64,000 nucleotides of DNA, taken from contig WJMJ01000002.1 in assembly GCA_014728035.1 (NCBI GenBank), positions 860 through 64,859 of the forward strand, written 5' to 3'. Origin of the DNA: Promethearchaeota archaeon (lineage in GTDB: Archaea > Asgardarchaeota > Thorarchaeia > Thorarchaeales > Thorarchaeaceae). Of this stretch, positions 1 to 8,739 are shown piece after piece (the stretch's first letter is position 1; each line of letters starts with the position of its first letter). The notes under the pieces were generated by a model. It worked only from the letters and a program-made list of their open reading frames with translations. It was not told where the DNA came from and searched no databases. The translations under genes were made by a program, and so were the position numbers.

Positions 1-163
1 GACATCTTAATAGAAAATCGTAATTACTAGTCAATATATCCACATGAACCTACAGTACAGAGTGCTACATATCTCTAACTGATGCGTTTCTGAATCACTG
101 TATCAAACCGAAGGTTTTAATCATGGAACGTTCTGCATAGGAAAACATAACGGAGAGATACGT

Positions 164-1609
164 ATGAATCAACGACAATTGTATGGAGTCTTAGTACTTG
201 TTATCATAATCGCTGGAGCTACGATAGTAGGTATTATGCTTCTTCAAGGAATTGATGCAGGTCCAAGTGTAACTATGGTTGCTGATGACGAAACTGAAAC
301 ATCAATTAGCCTAACCCAAATGCAAGGTATGGAAAAAGTAGAAGGTGTTAGCAGTTTTGAAAATCGATTTAATAATACACGTGGACAAGGGACGTATACG
401 GGAGTTCCAATTTCAGCTCTTGTAAACGCAGCTGGAGGAATGACTGAAACCCAAATAATTGAAGTTGAAGCGAGTGATGGATACAAAGTAAAATTCGTTT
501 ATTGGAACGTGTTTCCAAATGCAAGTATTAAGGCAATCCAAGGAGAGATGATTCTTGCATATTCTTACAATGATACCGTAGTACCCGCATATGAAGACGG
601 TTTCAGACTAGCTTTCATTCCAGAAGATGGGTTTCATTCAAATACAGACATGAACGAAACAACGGACCCAGAATATCGAGCAGATAGTGCTGGAGCATTA
701 TGGATATCAAATGTTGTCAAGATTACGATAAAGACACGGCCTGGAATCGCACTCACCGTTAATATAGCAGGAACAAGTAAAGGTTACACTACAGACGATC
801 TTATGGATATGGAATCTATAACCGGAGAGGGAGGATATAAGAAGTCGACTGGAACCATAGAAGGTCCACACACATATACAGGAGTCCGGGTTCTCGATCT
901 TCTTCAAGATACAGGAACATTACCAGCGAATTTCAGCCTGGAAGCAATTTCCTCAGACGCGTATAGAACTGTTTACACAATGAATCAGACTTATGGTGAA
1001 TTCGATGCGTATGATAGTACCACAGGAGATTCTATCGGTCTGATTGATTTTAACTTCACTCTCATATACTATGAAGACGGAGAGCCAATACCCTCAGGAG
1101 GGCCATTTAGACTTGGAACACTGAATGATAATGGAGACCTTACTGACGGGCACTTGTGGGCAAAAGATGTCATTGAATTAAATATCATTGATCTTGTTGA
1201 ACCATGGAAGTTAGAACTTTGTGGAGTTGAGGAGTGGAATATGACGCATCATGAGTTTTACTCTTTAGCTTCTTGTGCACACCATCGAACAACAATAACA
1301 GTAGATGACAATATCTATGCAGGTGTACCATTACATACAATCGTTGCAGCAATGGATGGGGCAGATGACGAACACTATGTATTCAACACCACTATTGTTT
1401 TCTCAAATTATTCGATTGTGGTATTCAATACCAATGGAGAAAATCAAACCTTCTACATTTCACACATCACTCAAAACCCTGATGTGATTATTGCAGGATG
1501 GATTGATGATGTATTGGTTTCTGATGATGATGGGCCAATAATCTTAGTTACTGCCAATGGAATCGTATTTCCAAATGTGGTACAAGTAGCAATGTTTGAT
1601 TGGGCCTAA
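164..1609 (+). CDS. Membrane-anchored extracytoplasmic protein made of three tandem ~140-aa repeats
   Basis: 481-aa ORF. ATG 164 is preceded by GGAGAG (152-157). N-terminal hydrophobic helix LYGVLVLVIIIAGATIVGIMLL. A core motif occurs three times (YTGVPISALVNAAGG, YTGVRVLDLLQDTG, YAGVPLHTIVAAMDG) and resembles the molybdopterin-oxidoreductase-like fold. That fold assignment is from memory only. Confidence 0.6.
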   Translation: MNQRQLYGVLVLVIIIAGATIVGIMLLQGIDAGPSVTMVADDETETSISLTQMQGMEKVEGVSSFENRFNNTRGQGTYTGVPISALVNAAGGMTETQIIEVEASDGYKVKFVYWNVFPNASIKAIQGEMILAYSYNDTVVPAYEDGFRLAFIPEDGFHSNTDMNETTDPEYRADSAGALWISNVVKITIKTRPGIALTVNIAGTSKGYTTDDLMDMESITGEGGYKKSTGTIEGPHTYTGVRVLDLLQDTGTLPANFSLEAISSDAYRTVYTMNQTYGEFDAYDSTTGDSIGLIDFNFTLIYYEDGEPIPSGGPFRLGTLNDNGDLTDGHLWAKDVIELNIIDLVEPWKLELCGVEEWNMTHHEFYSLASCAHHRTTITVDDNIYAGVPLHTIVAAMDGADDEHYVFNTTIVFSNYSIVVFNTNGENQTFYISHITQNPDVIIAGWIDDVLVSDDDGPIILVTANGIVFPNVVQVAMFDWA

Positions 1610-1622
1610 TCTTAAGGCTCTG

Positions 1623-1635
1623 TTTTCCTTTTTTT
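1623..1635 (+). terminator. Oligo-T tract (archaeal-type termination signal) after the 164..1609 gene
   Basis: TTTT then a run of seven T within 30 nt of the stop codon (tgttttccttttttta). Confidence 0.35.
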
Positions 1636-1796
1636 AAGAATTGCTCAAATTACTAATTTAATAAGCAAATTTGAGAGGTCATGTTTGTAGAATATTACAA
1701 AACGCAATCAGAGTAAACCTTTTTACATAATAAAAGAAGGAGAATTTAAGGACTGAAACTTAAACAGTGTAGGGATTGCATTTGGGAGGTTATTAC

Positions 1797-2426
1797 ATGA
1801 CCAAGAATCTCAATGATGACACCATTTCACAAATACTGACTCAAGCTATTCAGTACATGGATAGATGTGAATTTGATAAGGCTATTGTTGAACTGAAACA
1901 AGGTCTCATAAAAGATCCCAGAAATGTAGCATTCTTGGAAAGAATTGCGATTTGCAATCTCGAACTGAAACAGCCAAAATTAGCTCTCCAAACATTTGAT
2001 GAAATTCTATCAATAAACCCAAACTCTTGGAGAGTATGGGCAGATAAAGCGTTCATGCATCTATTACTGGACGAAGAAGAACCAGGTATAGAAGCTTTAG
2101 AGAGAAGTCTTAAGCTAAATCCAAGAAATGGACATGACTGGGAACTGCTCGCGTTAGCATATATTGGAAAAGAAATGTGGGCAGAAGCTTGTGATGCATT
2201 AGAAATTCTGTTACAGCTTGAACCTAATTCAGCTATGGCTTGGTACAATTACGCAGTATGTAATTTTTTCATGGAAAATAATGAAATTGCATTGATGGCT
2301 GCTGAGAGAGCTTTTGCAATTGACCCCCTGTTGAACGAGCTCGGAAAAGATTGGATTGAAATAGCTAAGATGGAAATTGAGGAATACAGGGAAAATGAAT
2401 TTCTTATTGGAATAATTGCAAGTTGA
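1797..2426 (+). CDS. TPR-repeat protein
   Basis: ORF 1776..2426. The likely start is ATG 1797, 8 nt after GGGAGG (1784-1789). Repeated 34-aa helical-pair pattern (AIVELKQGLIKDPRN, ALQTFDEILSINPNS, GIEALERSLKLNPRN, ACDALEILLQLEPNS, ALMAAERAFAIDP). Confidence 0.75.
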   Translation: MTKNLNDDTISQILTQAIQYMDRCEFDKAIVELKQGLIKDPRNVAFLERIAICNLELKQPKLALQTFDEILSINPNSWRVWADKAFMHLLLDEEEPGIEALERSLKLNPRNGHDWELLALAYIGKEMWAEACDALEILLQLEPNSAMAWYNYAVCNFFMENNEIALMAAERAFAIDPLLNELGKDWIEIAKMEIEEYRENEFLIGIIAS

Positions 2427-2434
2427 TATCCGTA

Positions 2435-4405
2435 TTATTTCTTCTTTGTTGATGCCTTCTTTTTAACTTCCTCTTTAGAATCATCTTCTATCTTTCCAAT
2501 AATATCGTCATATAAGGCATTAATACCATTCATTTCATTTTGAAGTTGGATTATCTCTTCTTTCAACTTGTGTTTACGAGCTGTCTGTAGTGCTTGTTGG
2601 ATAGCGGAAATCAAACGTTCCAATTCTAGTTTCTGTTCTTCAGGATTTTTCATCTGAAGCATAGCCATACGCTTTTTGGGCATTACACTAAGCAATCCAG
2701 AAATGGCATCAAGAGCCTCTTCTCTACTATCGAGTGTAGCTTGTAATTCATCCTGTTCTTCAGAAGCTGATAAAATTCGCGAGATTTGGTCAAGTACCTT
2801 TTTATGATCAGCAATTGCAGTTGAAATTATATTTTGAACTTCTTCCTCATCGTCTTCTTCAGCGTCCTCTAATCTATCTTCAAGTTGTGAAATTGCACCT
2901 TCTAAGAAGGATTTGCGGTCTGAAAGAGAGGTTCTTCTACGTTCCATCCATCTCCATTCACTTTCAATGCTATGAGTTAATGCAAGAGCTTGATTGATTT
3001 TCTCTCTATACTGATCCATCTTTTCACGTGCATCTTCAAGGTCATTTTCCAGATTATCAGTAACAAATGATAATTGATAACTTAGAATATTGCCTGCTTG
3101 TGCTTCTGTAAGAACACGACTCTCTTTGATGGCTCTAGCAGCCTCTTCCCAGAGTTTGTCCACTTCCTCATCGTCACAAATTGTACGGCCTGTTAGATCA
3201 AGTTCATCTGAAATTTGCTCGATTCGTTCATTTAATTCTTGAATTTCAGAGATCTTAGTCTTCAACAACGCCGTTCCTAATCGAGCATTAATTTCATTCA
3301 TCATTTTCTGACGTTCTTCTGGAACTTCATTGAGAACTGATGTGTTGTCTATAAGTAGTTGAAGTGCCTTTTCGAAAGCAGTTACCGCGTCAAGATACTC
3401 TTCATTTTGAACTAATTTGTCACCTTTTGTACGTAGTTTGAGTACCTCCTCTAAAACATCATAGGGGGAAGTTTTCAGAAGACTAACTCCAAGGTCATGT
3501 GCTTCTGGAGTGGTAAGATCAAGCGACAATTCATTCAGTAGCAATTCCACAATTACCAGACCATCTGATGAGGCAATAAACACATTTGGACCATCAGCAT
3601 CAATCCAATTAGCTTTGAAGCCGTTTACTTTTACTTTTCCAATGAAAATATTCCGTTTAATGTCCCAAACAGCTAAGTGATTGGAATTAATAGATGCAAC
3701 AATAAAATGTTGATTTGCCCATAGAGAAGTCAAAGGGTCTGAATTATCCGCTGAAAAAGTCTTGCTAACTTTCCATTCAATTCTGTCAAACACATAAATT
3801 GCATCTGAAGAAACTCCTGCAATGATGAAATCTTCATTTCCGGTAACAATAGCACCTTTAATCTTTTGATCAATAGGATGTATTTCTTTGGGCTGGTCGT
3901 TTTCTTTGTGCGTCCAGATAATCGGTTCAGATTTCTTTGTGCCGGTGCAAATATGGTGGTCATCAGACCATAGTGTGGTGATATCTGTTTTATGGAGTTG
4001 CCAGCTTGAAGTTTCATGAGTATCCTTTTTTATTGCAACTAGTCGACCATCCTTAGCACCAACGTAGAGATAATCACCTCGCAAAGTGGATGATATTGCT
4101 TGATAACTTAGCTCAAACCACCCCAACATGCCCCAGGTCTCTTTCTTCCAGACATAGACCCGTTTCTCACATGTTGCATAAATATGTTCATCATCAACAT
4201 GTACTGAAAGAGGTTCGGAACTGGTTTCACCTAGAACAGCCTTAATTTGCCAATCTTCGCGAGAAATCACTCGCACCCGTTGATCTGTGCATGCCACATA
4301 GAGATAACTCGTGTCATGAACAATGTAGGTTGCATCCATTTCTAGAACAGCAACAGTTTCATGACCAAGAGTTAGGCTCTCGGCTGCACCTCCCGTTTTG
4401 GACAC
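2435..4405 (-). CDS. Seven-bladed WD40/PQQ-like beta-propeller fused to a ~350-aa alpha-helical/coiled-coil region and a Lys-rich tail
   Basis: 656-aa ORF with a GTG start at 4405. Seven ~40-aa blades (YLYVACTDQRVRVIS, HIYATCEKRVYVWKK, YLYVGAKDGRLVAIK, HHICTGTKKSEPIIW, DFIIAGVSSDAIYVF, HFIVASINSNHLAVW, NVFIASSDGLVIVEL). Then E/K/L/Q-rich helices that begin with a TPR-like unit. C-terminus is KEEVKKKASTKKK. Confidence 0.8.
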   Translation of the reverse strand: MSKTGGAAESLTLGHETVAVLEMDATYIVHDTSYLYVACTDQRVRVISREDWQIKAVLGETSSEPLSVHVDDEHIYATCEKRVYVWKKETWGMLGWFELSYQAISSTLRGDYLYVGAKDGRLVAIKKDTHETSSWQLHKTDITTLWSDDHHICTGTKKSEPIIWTHKENDQPKEIHPIDQKIKGAIVTGNEDFIIAGVSSDAIYVFDRIEWKVSKTFSADNSDPLTSLWANQHFIVASINSNHLAVWDIKRNIFIGKVKVNGFKANWIDADGPNVFIASSDGLVIVELLLNELSLDLTTPEAHDLGVSLLKTSPYDVLEEVLKLRTKGDKLVQNEEYLDAVTAFEKALQLLIDNTSVLNEVPEERQKMMNEINARLGTALLKTKISEIQELNERIEQISDELDLTGRTICDDEEVDKLWEEAARAIKESRVLTEAQAGNILSYQLSFVTDNLENDLEDAREKMDQYREKINQALALTHSIESEWRWMERRRTSLSDRKSFLEGAISQLEDRLEDAEEDDEEEVQNIISTAIADHKKVLDQISRILSASEEQDELQATLDSREEALDAISGLLSVMPKKRMAMLQMKNPEEQKLELERLISAIQQALQTARKHKLKEEIIQLQNEMNGINALYDDIIGKIEDDSKEEVKKKASTKKK

Positions 4406-4648
4406 TATTATTCAGTCCTACTAAACATTCGCTATCAATGACGAGATTTTTTATCTCTTAAGGGATTTCCTCATGTATCATTTACGTGTTAATAGGTTGT
4501 TTTTCAAGGCAAAAATAGGTCGATTTATCGAAAACAATCCAAAAAATGAAAAAGGAACCGCGCCAAGGCGTACCTAAATAGCCAAAACACACTAATATAG
4601 TAGAAGTGAAATGAAAATACAGCCGCACTATTATCGGAGGAAAATCAT
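4406..4648. promoter_or_regulatory. Divergent AT-rich intergenic region shared by the propeller gene (-) and the tubulin-like operon (+)
   Basis: 243 nt. TATA-like TAATATA at 4593-4599, about 50 nt upstream of TTG 4649. A/T-rich box (gattttttatc, ~4445-4455) upstream of the minus-strand start. SD-like GGAGG at 4636-4640, 8 nt before TTG 4649. Confidence 0.4.
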
Positions 4649-7336
4649 TTGGATACCCATGCATGGAGGCGTGAGCTAGACAAGCTCGCTGATTTGAAAG
4701 GAATACTGATTTCTCTCAATCCCTCATTAGAAGAAAATGTTAGCAGACAAGTGCGTCATCTTTTTGACGTGTTTGCAAAAGTAACAAAATTGGAACAAGA
4801 GGTTGAGGAAGCAGGTTTCTTCAGTAAAAGAAAAGTGGAAGGTCAGTTTGAGAAAGTTCATTCTGAACTTGAAGAGGATTTCATGCGAGTCACTAGAGAT
4901 TTCGGTGACCTTGCAAATAAGGAATTCAGAAAAATCCAAACAGTTGTACCTGGGCTTCAAGCTCTAAGACCAAAAGAAGCAACAGCCCTCAAGAAACTAT
5001 CCTTTCCGAGCGTAGGAACTGGCGCACCACAAGATCTCGAAACACTCTTCGAATTTATGGATAAGTTTTCAAATACGGTCACAAGCCTACACGATGAGTT
5101 CGCACGTGAAGTAAAAAACCTGCTTGATGAGAATAAACGTATTGTAGAAACATACGAACGGCACATTACAATAGATAGAGGAGAAGTCACAACCACTATT
5201 TCCAATGATGATGTGTCTCAGATGCCACTTAATGACCTCATTAGAATCATGGAAAAGCTGAAGGTTGAACGGACCTATCTGGATGGGCGAAAAGACGAAG
5301 TTGGACGGATGCTAACGACAGCATTGATGACAGATGTAGAGGCACTCCAAGCATATGTTGAAACAGCTTCAAAGATTGGACTTGAATTGCCAATGGACTT
5401 TACACAAAAATTGAGAATCCTTGCCCGTGATGCTTCAAAAGCGTCAAATCTAACAACACTAATCAGTCTTGAAAACCAGCTCCAGACAGCCAGACTTCAA
5501 ATGGGGAATATGCTTCGAGATAAGATCATCAATCTCAAGCATGAAATAACTACAAAAATCGTTTCTGGTGGCATTCCTACCACATCGGAGGTCATTCCAG
5601 AAGCTCCAACCGTAGGTGTTGAAGGAAACGACATTGCAAATCTATTAGCTTCTTATCAGAAAATGGTTGAGTGGACAAGTCAAGTTCGTATTTCACTGAA
5701 GCAGGAAATAGAAGAATCTTTAGAGGAACTTGCAAAAGCTACCGACAATCCAAGTGATTGTGGGATAGAAGATGTGCTTGAAGCAAGAAAGGACATCGCT
5801 GATTGGAAGAAAGAACTATCTTCAGCTGACATTGATGGAATGATTAAGATATATCTCAAAGCATCAGAACGGGAAGAAGAATATAGAAAGCATGTTACTG
5901 ACTTGATTAAGAGCTACATTACAAGATTCAATGAATTAGCTACTTCTGCAGACAGAGTTCTAGATTATGCACAATTAAGTAAGAAGGCACCAAAAGTTGA
6001 AGACTTGGAAGGAGGAATTGTGTTTCTGATTGAATCTTTGAAAAACCTCAGACAAGCTGTTGAAAGTGGTGTAGCAACATTTCGTGACGCATGCCAACAA
6101 GAAATTGATGCTATCATCCAAGACCTTCAAACCATAAAACCTCAGTATGCAGAAATATTCATGCCGATTAATGTTGAACTAGAAGAAGGCTCAATGCGAA
6201 TCGAAGCAATGAATGAGTTCAGTGAAATTCGTTCTGAAATGAGAACCATCAAAGATACCATTCTAGCAAAGGCAAAAGATGCACTTGAAAACCTCCGATA
6301 TCGACTCCAAGTCAAGATTCGCCTTGCAGCAGCGAAACTGATGGGGGCGGGTGTTGAAATTCCAAATGAAATCCAAGAAGCTATCAGTGAGCTAAATAAC
6401 GTAGGCGTTGCAGCTGATAATGTGTTCAGCTTGCCGGCTATCGCCCGAAGAATGATAGAATTATATGAACACAAGATTACCGATAAGATTCTCGAAGTCC
6501 TCGAAGAAGAGGTTAAACAGCTGCTGGGTATGCTTGAGAAAGCTCAGAGTATTGGTGTAGACGTAGATAAGGAAATTGCAATTGTGAGTGCAATCAAGGA
6601 CGAACCACCTACTGAATTAGATGATGCTGCTGATGCTTTTGATAAGCTCGAAGGACTTACTACTTCTGAAGCAGTTCATAAGAAGGTTCGTTCCAGAGCA
6701 AATGAAGCATATCGTCAAATCAAAGATGCTGTATCTATCTTTGAAGAACAAGGTATGTCAGAATTTGTTCAGAGATTGTCAACCCTTCTTGATCGAGTAC
6801 CATCTCAGCTTTCAGAGAGCTCGAAACATGTGAATGAGGCTCTAGATGTGTGTCTGACTCTAGCAAATATCCAAGAGGAGATGCTTGATGTTATCAAGGG
6901 TATTGCAGCTAAAGAGAAGGAGGCTCATGATAAAGACATCCGAACAAAGAGCAAATATTACTCAACAATTGAACGTGTGTACAAAATGCACCCTGATGAT
7001 TTTAGCAGACTCATCTTTGATTTGAAAAAGATGGACAAACTAGAATCAAAACTGGAAACTGCAAAATCTCTTGACAATGCAATCGCGTCCTTTAATGAGC
7101 TATCAAGAATGCGAGTTGACTGGGTTGAAAAAGCTGCCAAGATGGATGATTGGCACAAATCCCTAAGAGTATACATGTCAGGATTCAGTGCGAGTGCAAG
7201 TGCAGACGAACGAAGTAAGTTTATTGACGATTCTACGAGGAAGATTCGTGAGACCTTTAGCAGAGAAGACATTAGCTCGTATCTATCTTGGGCCGTACAA
7301 GTATTGGTTCGTGCAATGGTAGAAAAACGCGGTTAG
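4649..7336 (+). CDS. 895-aa all-alpha-helical, coiled-coil-rich protein of unknown function; first gene of the tubulin-like operon
   Basis: Long ORF with a TTG start and a GGAGG RBS. E/K/L/A-rich heptad-like sequence throughout. No TM segment, P-loop or other catalytic motif recognised. A weak motif G-[LIV]-[ED]-[LIVD] after a helix recurs (IGLELP aa 243, CGIEDV aa 371, GAGVEIP aa 566, IGVDVD aa 635). Confidence 0.8.
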   Translation: MDTHAWRRELDKLADLKGILISLNPSLEENVSRQVRHLFDVFAKVTKLEQEVEEAGFFSKRKVEGQFEKVHSELEEDFMRVTRDFGDLANKEFRKIQTVVPGLQALRPKEATALKKLSFPSVGTGAPQDLETLFEFMDKFSNTVTSLHDEFAREVKNLLDENKRIVETYERHITIDRGEVTTTISNDDVSQMPLNDLIRIMEKLKVERTYLDGRKDEVGRMLTTALMTDVEALQAYVETASKIGLELPMDFTQKLRILARDASKASNLTTLISLENQLQTARLQMGNMLRDKIINLKHEITTKIVSGGIPTTSEVIPEAPTVGVEGNDIANLLASYQKMVEWTSQVRISLKQEIEESLEELAKATDNPSDCGIEDVLEARKDIADWKKELSSADIDGMIKIYLKASEREEEYRKHVTDLIKSYITRFNELATSADRVLDYAQLSKKAPKVEDLEGGIVFLIESLKNLRQAVESGVATFRDACQQEIDAIIQDLQTIKPQYAEIFMPINVELEEGSMRIEAMNEFSEIRSEMRTIKDTILAKAKDALENLRYRLQVKIRLAAAKLMGAGVEIPNEIQEAISELNNVGVAADNVFSLPAIARRMIELYEHKITDKILEVLEEEVKQLLGMLEKAQSIGVDVDKEIAIVSAIKDEPPTELDDAADAFDKLEGLTTSEAVHKKVRSRANEAYRQIKDAVSIFEEQGMSEFVQRLSTLLDRVPSQLSESSKHVNEALDVCLTLANIQEEMLDVIKGIAAKEKEAHDKDIRTKSKYYSTIERVYKMHPDDFSRLIFDLKKMDKLESKLETAKSLDNAIASFNELSRMRVDWVEKAAKMDDWHKSLRVYMSGFSASASADERSKFIDDSTRKIRETFSREDISSYLSWAVQVLVRAMVEKRG

Positions 7337-7355
7337 TAAAAAGGGGTAATAAATC

Positions 7356-8738
7356 ATGCAAAGAATCAGAGGAAGCGAAAGCGACGAAACAACCAAAGCA
7401 GCCGAGGTATTTGCCATTGGTATTGGAGAATGTGGGTCAAACATAGTAGGTTCATATTTACAGACGAGTAGGGATAAGAGACTCCCCTCCCGTGTCAGAG
7501 GTTACATGTTGATGAATACGGATAGGGCGGACCTTACAAAAGTCCGTTCGAAATATGGTATTCCAAAAGAAAACACCATGCTCTATGGTGCTTCTGAAAT
7601 TGGAGTCGGTGGCCGATTCATGGATGGATATAATGCAATGATGGAATCTAAAGATATCATCTTTGACCAGCTCGGAAACCTAGGGTTTGAAGGGGTGTCA
7701 GGTTTCTGCATTTTCACCAGCCTAGGAGGTGGTACTGGTTGTGGAGGAACACCGGCAATCATTGAACTTCTAAAGCAGAGGTTTCAAGAAGAGGAAGGTA
7801 GACGTATTTTCGTCTATGTGATTGGGGTACTTCCTTTTGAAGGGCAATCTAGTGAAGCCTTGAATTCTATCTGGGCAGTTTCAAAACTGCTTAGAGCACA
7901 GCTTCAAGAACGAGGAGCTGACCTCACTATTCTCCTAAGTAATCGTACCATGCTAAAGAGAATTCTCAATTCAAGGAAATCTGATAGTGTTGATTATCTG
8001 CAAAGAGAACTTGATGTAGACATCGCTAGTGTTGATCAGATTGAAACAAAAGTGCCATCTACTATTGATGAAACAGAAGATATGGATAGAAGGACTGAGC
8101 AGGCATTTGTAGAACTCGTGAATCCACTTGCACTCGATGTCATTGAGGCAATGCTCTCACCTGGAGTCTACGAGGATAACAAAGATGTATTTCCTACTAC
8201 TGACCTTGCAGACTACTCTAGAAAGCTTGACCCAGTAGTTGTACCAGCTCTGTACCAAGATATTGGTTTGATACCTGATGCAGGTAGCATGCCAAAGCAA
8301 CTGCGCTCAATGGTAGATTATGCTATCAAGGAAACATCGTATGCAGATGTTGGTGATCAACCGAATGCAGAAAGTGTCTATTATGTATTCAGCGGACCTA
8401 AGCATATATCAAAAGCAGAATATGGAATGCACTTGAAAGAATCACTTGACAAGTTTATCGCACCAGGCGCTGCGATTACACCATGTTATGTCCAATATTA
8501 TGATAAGGAACCAACTACCAATCTTCTTCTATTATTGGGATTGCCAAAAATACCAGAACTAGTACAAATTATCAATGAGGCAACTCAACTTGTCAACCTT
8601 CACAGCGGTTCTTCACCATTGAAACAAGGATGGTTCATGAGATCTAAAGGGACCACTAGAAAAGAATTGGTTAGTGCAATCAGCGATTTCAGAGAATTAT
8701 TCAGTTATTACATGACTCCTGGAGACACGATGGAATAG
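7356..8738 (+). CDS. Divergent tubulin/FtsZ/CetZ-superfamily GTPase
   Basis: 460 aa. ATG 7356 lies 8 nt after AGGGGT (7342-7347). T1 GIGECGSN (aa 22-29), T3-like GVGGRFMDGY, T4 signature SLGGGTGCGGTP (aa 122-133), T5 VLPFEGQ, T6 SNRTML, H7 AFVELVNPLALDVIEAMLSPG, T7 TTDLADY (aa 281-287). An FtsZ-like C-terminal domain is followed by a ~60-aa helical extension. Confidence 0.85.
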   Translation: MQRIRGSESDETTKAAEVFAIGIGECGSNIVGSYLQTSRDKRLPSRVRGYMLMNTDRADLTKVRSKYGIPKENTMLYGASEIGVGGRFMDGYNAMMESKDIIFDQLGNLGFEGVSGFCIFTSLGGGTGCGGTPAIIELLKQRFQEEEGRRIFVYVIGVLPFEGQSSEALNSIWAVSKLLRAQLQERGADLTILLSNRTMLKRILNSRKSDSVDYLQRELDVDIASVDQIETKVPSTIDETEDMDRRTEQAFVELVNPLALDVIEAMLSPGVYEDNKDVFPTTDLADYSRKLDPVVVPALYQDIGLIPDAGSMPKQLRSMVDYAIKETSYADVGDQPNAESVYYVFSGPKHISKAEYGMHLKESLDKFIAPGAAITPCYVQYYDKEPTTNLLLLLGLPKIPELVQIINEATQLVNLHSGSSPLKQGWFMRSKGTTRKELVSAISDFRELFSYYMTPGDTME

Positions 8739-8739
8739 G

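Noticed and set aside
1850-2248. Antisense shadow ORFs inside confident genes. This one is an example; others include 3730..4017, 6142..6474, 10485..10787, 22134..22415, 22717..23049, 34970..35227, 41333..41716, 45685..46035 and 61246..61611.
   Set aside because: They lie wholly within longer ORFs that carry recognisable domains on the opposite strand. Their products have the Ser/Leu/Arg-rich composition typical of antisense read-through.
4482-4664. 60-aa minus-strand ORF in the divergent intergenic region.
   Set aside because: It overlaps the RBS and start of the + strand operon, gives a low-complexity Phe/Ile-rich product, and has no SD. It is most likely a chance ORF in AT-rich DNA.
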